DNA of 64,000 nt from the NCBI RefSeq assembly GCF_018977255.1, contig NW_024704743.1, forward strand, positions 33,358,001-33,422,000, given 5' to 3'. The stretch comes from Callorhinchus milii. Lineage: Eukaryota. Below the pieces are notes generated by a model, which saw nothing but the letters and a program-made list of their open reading frames with translations, did not search any database and was not told the DNA's origin. Below, in pieces: positions 1-12,469 of the stretch (positions are counted from its first letter, which is position 1; every line of letters starts with the position of its first letter). Position numbers and translations under genes: made by a program.

Positions 1-1539
1 TATAATTGTAGGTTGTTATTGTATTTTCTATTTCTGACATCTAAACTTCACCATTTGAACACCAACAAATCCAAGAGAACACACTGGTTACATCTGCCCT
101 CCTCATCCCCCCATCATTAGACCGCTATGAAAGTAAAGAACTATCATTTTGTTGCTTTCAACCACAGATAGCAAACAGCCCCAAGACAAAAAAGCTTATA
201 ATGGAAAATGCATGATATGGCTTTGGTCTCTAAAAGGACTTGGAGATTTGATGGCAACACTTGAAATAGTCCCAGTAAATTTAGATCTTGAATTCAGTTT
301 GGTGTTTACGCCTATCAATAATAATAAGAAGAATCTTTGCATTGATGCAATGACTTATTACATTTAAAATGACTTAAACATTTCAAAGCGCTTCACAGGA
401 TTAACTCTAAAGTGTGACTGTGACTGTGCATTTTGTAGGTGAACACAGCCGTCAATTTGCACACAACAAAACCCCACAAACAGCCATGAAGTAACTAGCC
501 AATTTTATCTGGAGGATGTTGGCCAACACATTAAAATGGCAAAGCTGACATCAAATTTGACACGATTTACTCAGGAAGATTAGGATAGATATATGTACAA
601 GACAAGGGTTCCAGTCCATTTAATAACTAGGGCATTGGATGTACACATTGCATTCTCTTTCCTCCCCTCCCATCGTTCTCAGTGGTGAAGTGAGTAAAGT
701 AGCACCGAAATTCTCCAATTACACGCTTCCAACTCTGATTAGTGGGATACTGGCATTTTGAGTATTTTGTTGTTTGTTTACTAAACCGTATTTGGGGGAG
801 GAAGGCATCTTAGATATGCACATCTGGATACATCCATTGCATTCAATATCAACAGTACTACAAACTTGATCCCAATGTGATATTGATGAATTCCATTAGA
901 TTGTTAGATCACATTCCACATGTTATTTCCATTCTAAATCCCCTTTTAAAACAGCTTCACATTGTTCCCTGAACAGCTGGAAATTGAAGGAAGGATAACT
1001 GGAAAAGTTTTTTTATTGGAAGAATGATGCAATATAATTGGTTGCTGGAGCCAAGTTCTGAACGAATCCTCCAGTAATTAGTAGTTCTGTGTTTTTTTCC
1101 ACTCACAGAAAATCTCAGTCGAGTTTTGAAAAAGACAGTTTGGAAGCTCCCATTTCTTTGGAAAGCTGTCTGTCTTGGGAATTGGCATGTTCCGTTCACA
1201 CTGCTGATATATCATTAACGATAAGGTGAATAGTCCTGGATTACTCCGAGCAGCTTATTTTTCTGTGAAAAGCCAAGTCTTGCAAACATTTTAACACCTG
1301 CAGCGAAAGCCTGCCAGACACAATTATTGGAGCTTTTACTCCTTCACAATCAGACTTGTTGATCTCCTTCCTAACCAGTCCCAGACACTACTAATGAGGT
1401 CCTATTTGACTGATGAAATGCACAGCACTAGACTAAACTTAAAGTCAATAGCCATCCCAGGAGAGAAACAGGTTTTAGCATTTCAGCAACAGCTTGGGTT
1501 AATGACATGTCTGCGTATCCAAGGCTTAAAATGGAAAAG

Positions 1540-1740
1540 GGCTGAGTGAGCCCATCAAGATGCAATCCCTGCTCTGATGCTCAGTCACACAGGATGTGAT
1601 CCACTGGATAGCCATCAGGAGTGGGAACCAGTTTGATGACTCCAAATTGTAGCAGCCAACTGGTTGAGATGAGCCAACTCAGCACAGACTGAATTTGATG
1701 CTGTTTCACACCACAGAACTGCAGAACTTTTAGGCCATTG
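1540..1740 (-). mobile_element. Ancient SINE-like repeat (family D), fragment
   Basis: Reverse complement reads cagtctgtgctgagttggctcatctc...gctacaatttgg...ggttcccactcctgatggctatccagtgg, matching the copies at 15420 and 42525. Confidence 0.55.
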
Positions 1741-2455
1741 TGCCGTGCTGGCTCTTTGAAAGAGCAATCCATTCAGCCACATGTACCTGCCTTTATCCAA
1801 TAGCCCAGCAAATTCTTAAGTTGAATTTTAATCAACTGAGTTATGAGGGAATGCCTCATCTACTCATCTGTTTTGTTTGTTCTAGGAGGAAAAATTCAGC
1901 CTGTTCCTGCTGCCTAGCAGTGAAAACTTCCTATTGTTCCCTGATGGGCTCAAATTCCCTTTCACCATTTTGCATCCAGGATCCTACATTATACAAACAG
2001 AATTCAAATTCTCTAAAGACTATTTTTAAAACCAATTGACTGTCAGAAGTCCAGAGATTTCAAAGTGTTTGGATTAGTAACTACTGAATCCTGCACTCAC
2101 CCAGGTATATCTGGGGCTGTCCCAGCTCAGAGGCTGATCGCATGCCCAGAAACCTTGTGTCCACAATCTAGCTTCATGGGAATGAAACCAAACTTGGTGC
2201 CTGAGTGGAGTTTCCTTGTCAGGCTGAGGGACTTATGAATAATTCTGGGTATTGCTATTCACAAATCTTTTTGAGATTCTCAGTAAATGAAACCTCAATG
2301 TGTTACTGTTGGATTCTGGATGTTAACTTTGATTCCATATTTACAGTATCCAGCTGGAAGCACTGGTACCAATAATTTCTCATGACAGCAGTCCAACAAC
2401 CCATCTGCGTCCGAACACAATAACTCACCAGTGCCACTCCACAGGTTAAAAGCTA

Positions 2456-2500
2456 CAATAAGAATAAGAAGAATAAGAATAAGAAGGAGAAGAAGAAGAC
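2456..2500. repeat. (AAG/AAT)n simple repeat
   Basis: aataagaataagaagaataagaataagaaggagaagaagaag. Confidence 0.85.
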
Positions 2501-2769
2501 AAATGAGAGAAATGGAGATGACAAGATAGGACTGGCAGAGTAGAGTTAAGATTCCATGACTTTCTTTTTTTAATTGAACAATTGTTGCAAAGTGTTTATT
2601 TGTCAGTTTAGCAATATTGCAGTGATAGTCCAGACCAGGGGCGGACTGGCTATGTGGAAAATCAAGACATTTTCTGAGTGCCCACTGGCTGGAATTCTTG
2701 ACCTACTAAAAAGTCAGCCGTGACATTGGGAGTGCGCAGTGTGGGCAAGCCAGTTGCAGTCGTTGTGTG

Positions 2770-2880
2770 CAGTCTATAGTTTTGGGACGTGACATGTGCA
2801 AGCGACTTCCAGGATCGTGGAAGGCGAACTGGATGGACCTTGGTATTCTCTCGGCTAGCAATTCTTACGTTCTTGTGTTC
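2770..2880 (+). mobile_element. CR1-type LINE 3' end fragment
   Basis: ggaaggcgaactggatggaccttgg...ttcttacgttctt tail. The same tail recurs at about 59180-59260 (+) and 60400-60500 (-). Confidence 0.6.
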
Positions 2881-3549
2881 AGTCTAGAAGTGGAAACCAT
2901 GAAGATCCTCTCAATTCCTAGCAGGCTGTAGAGGAGGAGGGGGTGGGGTGAAGTGGGGAGGAAATACTTGTCCAATTTTTTTGGGCTCCACCCCCACACA
3001 AATTAGTGCTTCCATTTTACATGACAGTCCCAAGCCCTTTCAGGAGAGCCAGTCTGTTAATGCTGCAGACAACCACTCCAGACATCTAAGTAACATGTTA
3101 TTGTAATATTTGGAGATGTTTAATTCTCACAGGGTGTAAACTCAAACCTTAGGCAATGCAGAACTCCCTAGAGCTGCCAATGTTCTAAGGATAATTTACA
3201 TCTATATATTAGGGGACTTTCCTGGTACCAATTGATTTTTTTGAATATAATGCCTCATATTATAGAAAATCAAATTACAATGACATTGTGTGAGCCCCTT
3301 TTCAATTAACAATATCATACAACAACTACCAAATAATTTATTAACAAAAATCCTCGCTCTCTTGCTTAATACGCATCTGATGTGTTAGTTATTATGTAAC
3401 AGTACAGTGTAGTTAGAGATCTCAATGGCCCAGTGGGTCCGATATAATATATTAAGTGCCTTTGTGATACCTGACTTTTTTTTAATTGCTGTTGCCATTC
3501 CTCATATAAAAATTAACTGGTGCAATATTTAGGCTGAGACTATAACAAG

Positions 3550-3720
3550 ATTTAAAAGGCAATTGTACAAATATTTGCAGAGGAACAATATAAAACGGTA
3601 GATGGAAAGAGCAGGGAATTGGGATTACAGTAATTAACTCCAAGCAAGGATCTAGCACCTGCACAGGCTCGATGGACTGTATGCGCTCCTTCTGTGCTGT
3701 ATTTTCTATGATCCTATGAG
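3550..3720 (+). mobile_element. CR1 LINE 3' end
   Basis: tttaaaaggcaattgtacaaatatttg...ggctcgatggactgtatgcgctccttctgtgctgtattttctatgatcctatga; typical CR1 3'UTR ending in a TTCTATGA-type repeat. Confidence 0.7.
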
Positions 3721-3820
3721 GTGAAACTTGTAGCATTCCATAACGCTTCCTTGTGATCACTTATAAAACACTGCAGATTTCATCTCTCTGATTCCAAGTT
3801 GTACAGACAAGAAGACAATA

Positions 3821-4052
3821 AGGCAAGTTTCCTTACTCCACACGCCTAATAATAATCCCTCCAAAACAAAAAACAATAATAAATTGGTCATTTTCAATCT
3901 ACAACTGTTTGTGGGACATTGCTGTGCGCAATTGGCTGCCGCATTCGCCCACAAATATACAGTCAATTCACTTTACAGTGTGTTCTGTGAAGCGCTTTGG
4001 GACGTCCTCCCGACGTGAAAAGCGCTATGTCAAATGCAAGGATTATTATTAT
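3821..4052 (+). mobile_element. SINE family A, 5'-truncated
   Basis: Near-identical to the body and tail of the 29983-30306 copy; ends aaatgcaagg(att)n. Confidence 0.9.
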
Positions 4053-4064
4053 TTATAAGATTGC

Positions 4065-4200
4065 AGAACTGATTCCCATTCAGTGCTCAGTTAGACGTTT
4101 GCAGCAGCTGGAATAGTGGCTTTGGTCTTAGTGTTGTTGACGAGGAAAAGGACAAAAAGGAGCCAGAGTTCCTGCTCTTGACCACTGCCCTGCTAGGAAG
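4065..4200 (+). mobile_element. SINE-like family D fragment
   Basis: gtgctcagttag...agccagagttcctgctcttgacc resembles the other family D copies. Confidence 0.45.
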
Positions 4201-4279
4201 TGGAGTTTGAGGAGAGCAGGGTTTGGCTTTGATCGTCGCTTGATGGAGATACTAGAGAGGGAAGCTGGTGGTGTGGAAA

Positions 4280-4380
4280 ATGATAAGCAATTTCAGGGAA
4301 ATATAGGCAGACTAGTAGATTGGGCAGAGAGGGATGGCAGATGAAAGCAAATGCAGAAAAGTGTGAGTTTATACACGTAG
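4280..4380 (+). mobile_element. CR1 ORF2 (RT) fragment
   Basis: Frameshifted RLVDWAER/WQMKANAEKCEFIH, matching the CR1 ORF2 motif W..WQM.FN..KC.V.H. Confidence 0.7.
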
Positions 4381-4514
4381 TGTTCACCCACGAAACACAC
4401 AATTCTTGCTTTTGGTATAGCACATTTCACATCAGGAAGACATCTCAAAGCACTTCACAGAATCTTCTGTAAAGTGGAAAGATTGTGTGTTTTGTGGGTG
4501 AAGAAAATATTCCC

Positions 4515-4770
4515 TGAACAATTTTCTCTCCTGTCCTGTTCTGAAGACTTCTTTATCCTTCCACTGAGAGACGGTTCAGTGGGTGTCGGATGATTTCCAT
4601 GACCTCACCAAGTGGTTATTATTCATGTGTGGCTCTTGACATTGAATGTTGACGAACTACTCAACCATGGGGCATTACAGTCGAGCATGATCCAATTCTT
4701 ACATGCTTCGTGCACCTCTGTATCTCCAGCAGGACTCTCAGGATAGCGATTTGAGGGTGGAAATCCTCAT
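4515..4770 (-). mobile_element. SINE-like family D, 3' part
   Basis: Reverse complement contains atcgctatcc...ctgctggag...cacacatgaataataaccacttggtgagg, resembling the 15520-15690 copy. Confidence 0.5.
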
Positions 4771-4864
4771 GGTCCCAGCCTGAAGCCTAGCGTCTTACAA
4801 ATCTAAAGTTTTTAAGAAGCATTGCGCAAAACTAGCTTCCAAATTCATCATGAATTTAAGAATT

Positions 4865-5229
4865 AATAATAATAATAATAATCCTTGCATTTAATATCAC
4901 ACTTTTCAAGTTTTCTAGACATCTCAAAGCGCTTCACAGAATATACTGTAAAGTGAATTGACTGTATTTGTGGGCAAAATATAGCAGCCAATTGTGCACA
5001 GCGGTTGTGACCAATTCGAGTGATCAAATTATTATTATTTTTTTGAGGGATTAATATCCACGGAAAAGCGATCCGCCCATTGACTAACAACTGGGTTCCT
5101 ACTTACTGCGAGGTAAACCGAGGCATGTGGAGTAAGGAAACTTGTCCAACATCTCGCCCTGACGGGAATAGAATCCAGGTCTCTCACTTGCGAGGCGAGT
5201 GCTCTAACTACTGAGCTACAGGACTCCAC
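4865..5229 (-). mobile_element. SINE family B, full length, nested in a palindromic MITE
   Basis: Head gtggagtcctgtagctcagtagttagagcactcgcctcgcaag, CORE-like segment, Deu-like segment and (att)n tail. MITE arms flank it at about 4800-4863 and 5230-5290. Confidence 0.9.
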
Positions 5230-5885
5230 AATTTTCCACAATTCTGCACAAATTTTAAGATCGTAGTTATGCAGACTGGAAATTTGTAAGGAGTGAACAG
5301 GAAATGCAATTAATGAAAGCAAATATATTCTATTCAATACAGGGAGAAAGATCAGAGAGCAAGAATAAATGGAACCAGCAGAGGAAGCCTCACTATAGGT
5401 GTCTATGGTCTAGCTTGTTTTAATATTAGCAGTTTACCACGTTCAAAGTAAAATCTTTATTTGCTTGAAAAAAATTAGGTTACACACCTTGTAGTGGGGC
5501 CACCTATATATTCTGCTCAGCTTCCCCAACTGTGATACATTATAAATGATTGCCCTGAGGTTAAACATCTTGATAAATACTGCAGGTGCTTTTTCTTGGC
5601 ATTGTCACAGCTAGAGAATAGAGTCTATTCACGCTGTGCTGTTTGTACTGAACAATCTGGTGTAAAGGTTGGACATGAATGTCAGTACATGCGAGCCTAT
5701 CCGAATTGCAAACAGTGAAACTCTATATAGCCACTCTAATTTATGCTTCGTAATTAATGCAGCCGTTTTGCAACAGGAAGTGTGGGTTAAAGTCACAGCC
5801 TGCAATTTATTATAGTTCGTTGCCTGCCATGGGGCAATTCGCACGTGCATAAACTTTGCTGATGTCCTCTTTATTTAACACATTA

Positions 5886-6075
5886 TAGGACGGAAATTAC
5901 ACCGTGTCTTAGCCTCTTAGGCTATTTTCTCTTAAAATTTAAGATTCCTCTAAATTGTGGAATTTTGTTAATGTCTGTCCTAATTTGGAAATTGATTTTC
6001 TACTGTTCTTAAGAAGAACCCGAGTCCAATTTAAGATTGAATTTAAGAATCATCCATAATTCTGCAACACCTTCC
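5886..6075. mobile_element. Palindromic MITE-like element (type 2)
   Basis: Arms aattgtggaattttgttaa...ttcttaagaa...ttgaatttaagaat...ccataattctgc; related to copies at 28551, 48154 and 53631. Confidence 0.65.
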
Positions 6076-6089
6076 TGAATGATGCTATA

Positions 6090-6460
6090 ATATTCCTTGA
6101 ATTTGATATAGCGCCTTATCATGTCTTTGAAACATCTCAAAGCACTTCACTGAATATACTGTAAAGTGATTGACTGTATATTTTGTGGGTGAAACGTCGC
6201 AGCCAATTGCACACAGCCAGTGTCCCACAAACAATCATGGATTGAGTGACCAAATTTTTATTATTTTATTAATTTTTTTGAAAGGGATTATTACCCTCGT
6301 AAAAGTCAATTAACTAATAACTGGATTCCTACTTACCGCTAAGTAAATGGCAGTGTGTGGAGAAAGGAAACTTGCCTAACATTTCGCCTTGCCCGGGAAT
6401 CAAACTCAGGTCCTCTCGCTTGTGAGGCGAGTGCTCTAACCAATATGCTGCAGGACTCCA
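6090..6460 (-). mobile_element. SINE family B, full length
   Basis: Same modular structure as 4865-5229. Confidence 0.9.
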
Positions 6461-6691
6461 CAATTTCACAATCTCCACAATATTCTTAAAATATTCTTAA
6501 GGGGGAGGGGTTAGCGATGCTTATGGACCATTTGACATCTTTAATTATTGACTGGTCACAATTTCCTGAATGATGTGATAATTACCACCAGGGTTAATTA
6601 AAGCCAGGTTGACACACATTGATATTTTTGCCGGGTGGTCAATGAAAGATAGAAAAAAACTAGACAAATACATAGAGTAAAAAATAGGGCC

Positions 6692-6713
6692 AGAGAGAGA
6701 GAGAGAGAGAGAG
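6692..6713. repeat. (AG)n microsatellite
   Basis: agagagagagagagagagaga. Confidence 0.9.
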
Positions 6714-7460
6714 AAACAGCAGTGGAGGGCAAACCTCAGAAAGCATTGGGATTCCTGTACAATAGCTAATAGAAACAAGCTGTTTTTGTTTTGCTCCATT
6801 TCTGTTATGACGGAATCCCAACCCCTTTTGAGGCTAGCCTCAACTGCTCTCTTTCTCTCGGTTTATGAGAACAAAAGCAGTAGAGGCTAGCCTCCAAAGA
6901 GTTCGGGGCCATGTAATAGCATGAGTTCAACACACAGTTGAAACACCAATTTTTTATAACTGGAAAAGTGTCCGTATGTGCCTCAATATACCATTACTCA
7001 AATTAGCATTTGCTTTTCAAAACCACTGTTCCTATCAGTATGTTGAGTTTCACACAGCCCTCCATCCCTTGAGGAACACAAATCTTTAATATCCTGTGTC
7101 TCTGCCAGGTATTCACAGTTCTTTTAATTAATCATTGCAAGTAGCAGCCTGTAGATTAAGAGAACATATGCGTTGAGCTACAAAAAGTAATGGGTAGGGT
7201 GGTCCTAGCTGGACAAGCAACGGGAAAGCTTGCCAGATAGCGATATCACTGGCAAGCTATGTGATTTTAGCTGGTTAGACTCCAGCAGTACCGAACGCAC
7301 ACTCTGGGGACCCCAAGCCTTGGCTCTTGCCAACCTGCACCTAATACTTTCCAGAATTAGGTAAGCAGGATGTATTTCTCCAGGGAGAGAATGTGCATTC
7401 CGTTCCAAAAATTTATCTCTGGAATTTCCATGTGTCGGTGGGATGCATGGAAGTGGGATC

Positions 7461-7598
7461 CAGTTCTGACAAAAGGTCATAGTCCTGAAACGTTAACTCA
7501 TTTTCCTCTCTCCATGGAGGCTGCCTGATCTACTGCGTGTTCCCAGCGACTTCTGTGTTTATACCAGATTTCCAGCATTTGCAGTACTTTGCCTTTTG
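7461..7598 (+). mobile_element. Penelope-like (PLE) repeat remnant with a degenerate minimal hammerhead ribozyme
   Basis: agtt-CTGACAA-a-agg(tcatagt)cct-GAAA-cg-TT-aact followed by a ctctcc...gctgcctga...ttccagcatttgcag tract. Related copies at 45181 and 46241. Confidence 0.7.
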
Positions 7599-8479
7599 CG
7601 TGGAATTCTCAGTTTGGTTTGGATACTCTTAAGCATGGTGATGGGTTTCCACATGTGCCAGACACCCGCCTGAGTAAAAAAAACCTTGCTAAAGGACCTT
7701 AGGGAGGATTTTGTTTTTTGGACTCCAGCTTTAGTGAGGACATGAGCCAACTTTGCAAATTCCTCCAGCACAAAACTGTGATGCATAAAATAAGGGTTAA
7801 AGTTAAAGGCAGCGTATTATAGCTGAAAAGGAAGTTGAAATCTTGGAAGATTGTACAGCAGTGGAGGAATATGTATGACGGTCCATAAAGAAATAAATCT
7901 CTATCACAGCAGGTTACTGTAACGAAAGCTCTGCTACTTTGGAGAGAGATTCAGAGACTTTAGCAACGCTCAGTGATAAATGGTCTCATCTTAGGCAAGT
8001 GAGGAAACCCAGCTTTCAACAGAAATAAAAGAAGAATGAAACTGGCAAGCAGACTGTGTGGCGGTCAATGGATTTATACAAAGAATAGCTGTCATTGTAA
8101 GCGAACTTATGTGGCACTTGAAAGTGTAATTATTATGAACTGAAATTACAGTATGATCCTGGAGACACAATATTTTCAAACTCCCTTGAATATCAGCTTA
8201 TTAGCCCCAACAATGACATCTGTTCTTCATTTAAAACATGGCCATCGGGATCCATTTGTCTTCCACAAGCTCTCTAGATTTAGTTTTAAGTACGTTTAAT
8301 TTTGAGACCTTTTTGTTTCAGCAAAATGAAAAGTATGATTGTCTCATTGTAAAATGCTGCATTCCTATAATAATTATGTTCAAATTATTGAATTTGTGGA
8401 TTGTTCCTCAACAGACTGACACTGGCAAACAAAATCTGGCTTTGGTAATTTGCTTTGTCCTAGTTACCTAGTTTAGGTG

Positions 8480-8835
8480 ACAATCTGGCAGCATTCTCAC
8501 CTCTGTATCAGAGGTTGTGAGTTCAAACCCCACATCAGGACTTTGAGCTCATAATCTCAGGTAACTATATGGTGCTGAGAAGCGCTGCATTGTCAAAAGT
8601 ACAGTCCTTTGATGAGATGTTAACCAGAAGTCCCATCTGCCTGTACAGGTGGATGTTAAAGGTCACATGGCACTATTCGAAAAGAGGAAGGAATTTCTCC
8701 TGATATCCTGGCCAAAAATCCTCCAGATAAAATTGGTCATTCACTTCATAGCTATTTGTGAGACATTATACATTTTCTACCGTGTTCACCAGACGCTTCA
8801 CTGGACACACTCTATTGAAGCGCTTTAAGACATAA
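8480..8835 (+). mobile_element. Old Deu-domain SINE (family C)
   Basis: tRNA-like head (gagttcaaaccc), then gctgcattgtc...gatgagatgttaacc...caggtggatgttaaaggtcacatggcactattcg...tcctggcc...aaattggtcattcacttcat. Confidence 0.8.
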
Positions 8836-9304
8836 ATAGAAAAGTAGAGGAGAGGGTATTTGGAGGGCTGGAGGCCTGTGTGGAGTATAAATAACAACAC
8901 AGACAAGTTGGGCTGAAAGGCGTGTAATGTTTGTTGTAATTCCATGTAATTTTATGTACTTGGCTGGCACCCTAATGTTAGTGTCTCACTGGCTGTGTTA
9001 ATAAAATGTAATAATAACTTGCATTTAGATAGAATCTTTCACGTGAAATATAGAAGCGCTTTACAAAACATTGCATAATTGATTTCAAATGAAGTGTTAT
9101 ATATATGATTGCCATATAGGCTGTATAGGCAAATGAGGCAGCTAATCTGTAACAGCAAACACCAATAAGATGAGGCAATTAATTTCATTTTGGAGATAAA
9201 TTTGGACTAGGAAGGGGAATATAAACCAGGAAAACCTTCATCTATCTTTCAGTTAGCAATGGCAGGATCCAGTTCTCAGATATCTGAAGCACAAGGCAGA
9301 TGTG

Positions 9305-9485
9305 GATAGAAAATCCACCTACATCTACATTTACTCTATTAATGTAATGTTTCAGAGTATGCAGAATTTGGCAAATTGTTGAATTCAGTTTTAACTTTGA
9401 AGCTAGTTTTTTTTTGTTAAATTCTGGATGCTCTGAAATTCTATGTTTGATAGAGTAAATCTAGACCCAGGTGGAATTTCTACTC
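9305..9485. mobile_element. Palindromic MITE-like element (type 1)
   Basis: About 70-bp imperfect terminal inverted arms: tagaaaatccacct...tttactctat...tttcagag...cagaattt / aaattctg...ctctgaaa...atagagtaaa...aggtggaatttcta. Confidence 0.8.
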
Positions 9486-9858
9486 AATAGAGCGTAAGCT
9501 AATAATTCAACCAAAGGATGGGATGCTCACCTGAAAAAAAACAATGAAACTAGGTAGAGTAGTGAATGTTGCAGCACCTTGTGACTTCCTCCCAGCGTGA
9601 AAGCGCTGGAATAATTGCAATTTGTTGTTGCTGTTGCAGCAGGCAGAAGAAACAGCAATGTTCTACAAACATTGAATGAAATCAAAATTGGGGAGAGGTA
9701 AAAAAGGATAAAGAAAGGTAAGAAGAGGATTTTTTTTAAATGGTGGTGGAGGTGGGCAGGGAAATAAACTGGAAGACACAGCGGTGGGGAATTTAGCAGT
9801 GGCGGGTGTTAGAAGCATAAACAATCCCACCAGGTTTCTGTGGGTCTTTGGGTGGCAA

Positions 9859-10212
9859 CAATAATAATAATACTTGCATTTATTTAGCGCCTTATCACTT
9901 CTTCGGGGCATCTCAAAGCACTTCACAGAATATACTGTGAACTGACTGTATATTTTGTGGGTGAAATGCTGCAGCAGTGATGTGGATTGAGTGACTAAAT
10001 TATTATTATTATTTATTATAATTTTTTAAGAGGTTATTAACCCAAGAAAATCGATCCGCTAATCGACTAACAATCAGGTTCCTACTTTCTGCTAGGTAAA
10101 TAAAGGTGTGCGGAGTAAGGAAACTTGCTCAACGTTTCGCCCTGCCAGGAATTGCACCCAGATGCTGTCACTTGTGAGGCAAGTGCTCTAACCACTAAGC
10201 TATAGGACTCCA
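9859..10212 (-). mobile_element. SINE family B
   Basis: Head at the right end (taggactcc), tail (aat)n at the left. Confidence 0.88.
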
Positions 10213-12469
10213 ATCACTCTTCATTTTCAGTTACTTCTGCAGTCTTCATTGTCTTTCAGATCAAGTGAAGCCATAATGGCCCCAAAGTGGTCTGCAATGT
10301 CCTCAGGTTCTGGTGAAGCTCACTCTTTCTGTAGTCTTCAAGTGCGAATGCTTTTGCGAATTGCACAATTGAATCCCCAATGTCTTCACGTTGCACTGAA
10401 CATTACCAAAGTAAGGACTTTAATTCATCTGAAATTAAAATTTGCAAAAGGATAGAGTCAATCCTTTTGTGAATCCAACAATTGAGATCTCAGTACATTC
10501 ATTAAATATTTGGGTCTAATTGCGGGAATAGCAACATGATCTGCAAGTAGGGAATCCTGGAATATCTCAAGGCCAGTCCACTGGAACTTCACTCAGTTGC
10601 CAACTTCATGGAGTTGGTACCAGGCAAAGATGCAGGAGATTGATTGTAACTCAGCCCAGATTCTCTAAATAACAATGATTTTATGAATTTCAGAGTTAAG
10701 TGACTGGGATCTTCTTGTTGAATTTACATTGAGTTCACCAAAGCAAGGGCTTCGATTCATCTGAAGTTAGACATGCAACATGGGAAAGGCAACTCAGAGA
10801 AAGTATTGGCCACAGATGAAGCTGTGGTTAATGCATCAAAGCTTGCTGGGGACAATGTAATAGCAAAAGATGTCTTGCTATTTGGGTAGCAGCCTACGCG
10901 GTAAAACTGACACTCATTTTTTGAGTTTGAATGCCATTGGAGTTTCAGTTTTTCTTTTATGGAGTTGGCAAAGGGACACACAAAACTCTGAAAGGAGCGA
11001 ACGTTTCCTAACAAAGTGAGGACCAAGTGTATCAGAGACCCAGACACAGTCAGTAAAATTTTACAGCGATCCCTTTCATCCCTGCCAAATGGAGCTCAGT
11101 AATGGGATTTTGATCTGCTAGATTTATGAGTATATTATTGCTGAATGGGCATCTTGTCTGTCTGTCTCTCAAGGTGCCTGGGCATTTTATAACAATAAAT
11201 GACAACAAACATGCAAGATCCCAGTAACCTGCAGTCAAAGGTATGATGTTAAAGCAGAATTGTGCTGTTGGAGATCGACTAACACAACTGTCACCCGTGA
11301 GGTTTCATTCCGTTTAAAACAGTGGTTCTGACCATTTCCATGTCATGACAGGTTTCATCCTCAGCCCTCAGACAAATTGCCAATTTCAGTTGTTCATTGA
11401 GCTCTGACATTGCCAGACGCTCTGCTGAAGCCAAGGTCAAATCATTGAGACATCACTTCATGAAAAACACAGACAGCAGATTATTTATTAATATACAGCT
11501 GACTTCATAGATAATACTGCTTCCTCTTTCCAGAAAAAAAAACCTACAGTTAAACTAACGCAGCAAAGATAACCACAGGAAATCCTTTCAACACCAGAGA
11601 CAGTTAGGGCACTAAAGTGATAGGTAATTCAAACACATGGTCATTTTTACACTGCTTTACACGTTCGGCCTGGAATTGACATTTCATTAGGGAACCTGGA
11701 AGACTAAACATCCCAGAGAAAGCATCCAGCTGACCAAAACAAGGTTCACACTTGTTTAAATGGCCAGGCACAGAATTAGATTTTTGGAGGATTTCTGCAT
11801 CTGAAAAAAACTTCTGAATGGAACTTTGATTCCCAGGTTCATAATGGTAAATGTCCCTTCACACAGAGGTTGCTAATTCGCTGTATTCAAAGCCAAAATA
11901 ATAGCTCTCAAAAATGACACTGGATAAGCCAATCCGGAAAGTGTCATTGAGAATGTGATTAAAACTTGAATAATATCCACTGTGCAATCAATCACCCAGC
12001 ACAGAATATTGAGGTTTCACTGTAAGTCCTTAGCTCTGGGGCCTTCCCCGTCAAACACTGTCATAACACACGTTCATTCCCTTGCACGATATCCTCTCAC
12101 CTGTATTGAATTTCCTGAAAACCACTGTTAGATTACTCCTTAATAAATCTTCAGAAACTTATTGGGTTCTTAATCCTATCATGTAAGCGTCACCATGTAG
12201 CAGTATGAAGCAGTAGTGGCTCTGAGCATACCAAGAAGTATTTGTTACAATAATAATCCTTGTATTTGATTATCATGACATCGAGATGTCTCAATTATTC
12301 ATTATGCTATGTTAATTATCATGTATAGGAATTGAGTTGGAGCATGCTTCAAGTGTGCAATGCAACCAAATGGGTCCCAATGTCATTAAAATGTCAGAGC
12401 AAAGCCTCGGTGGTTTGTGAGTATTGTTTAAATTTTGAGATGTGTTATCGCACATAACTCACTCTAACC

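Noticed and set aside
2637..3062. Possible hAT-type element (caggggcggactggc ... gccagtctg)
   Set aside because: The right terminus is too degenerate and no TSD is visible.
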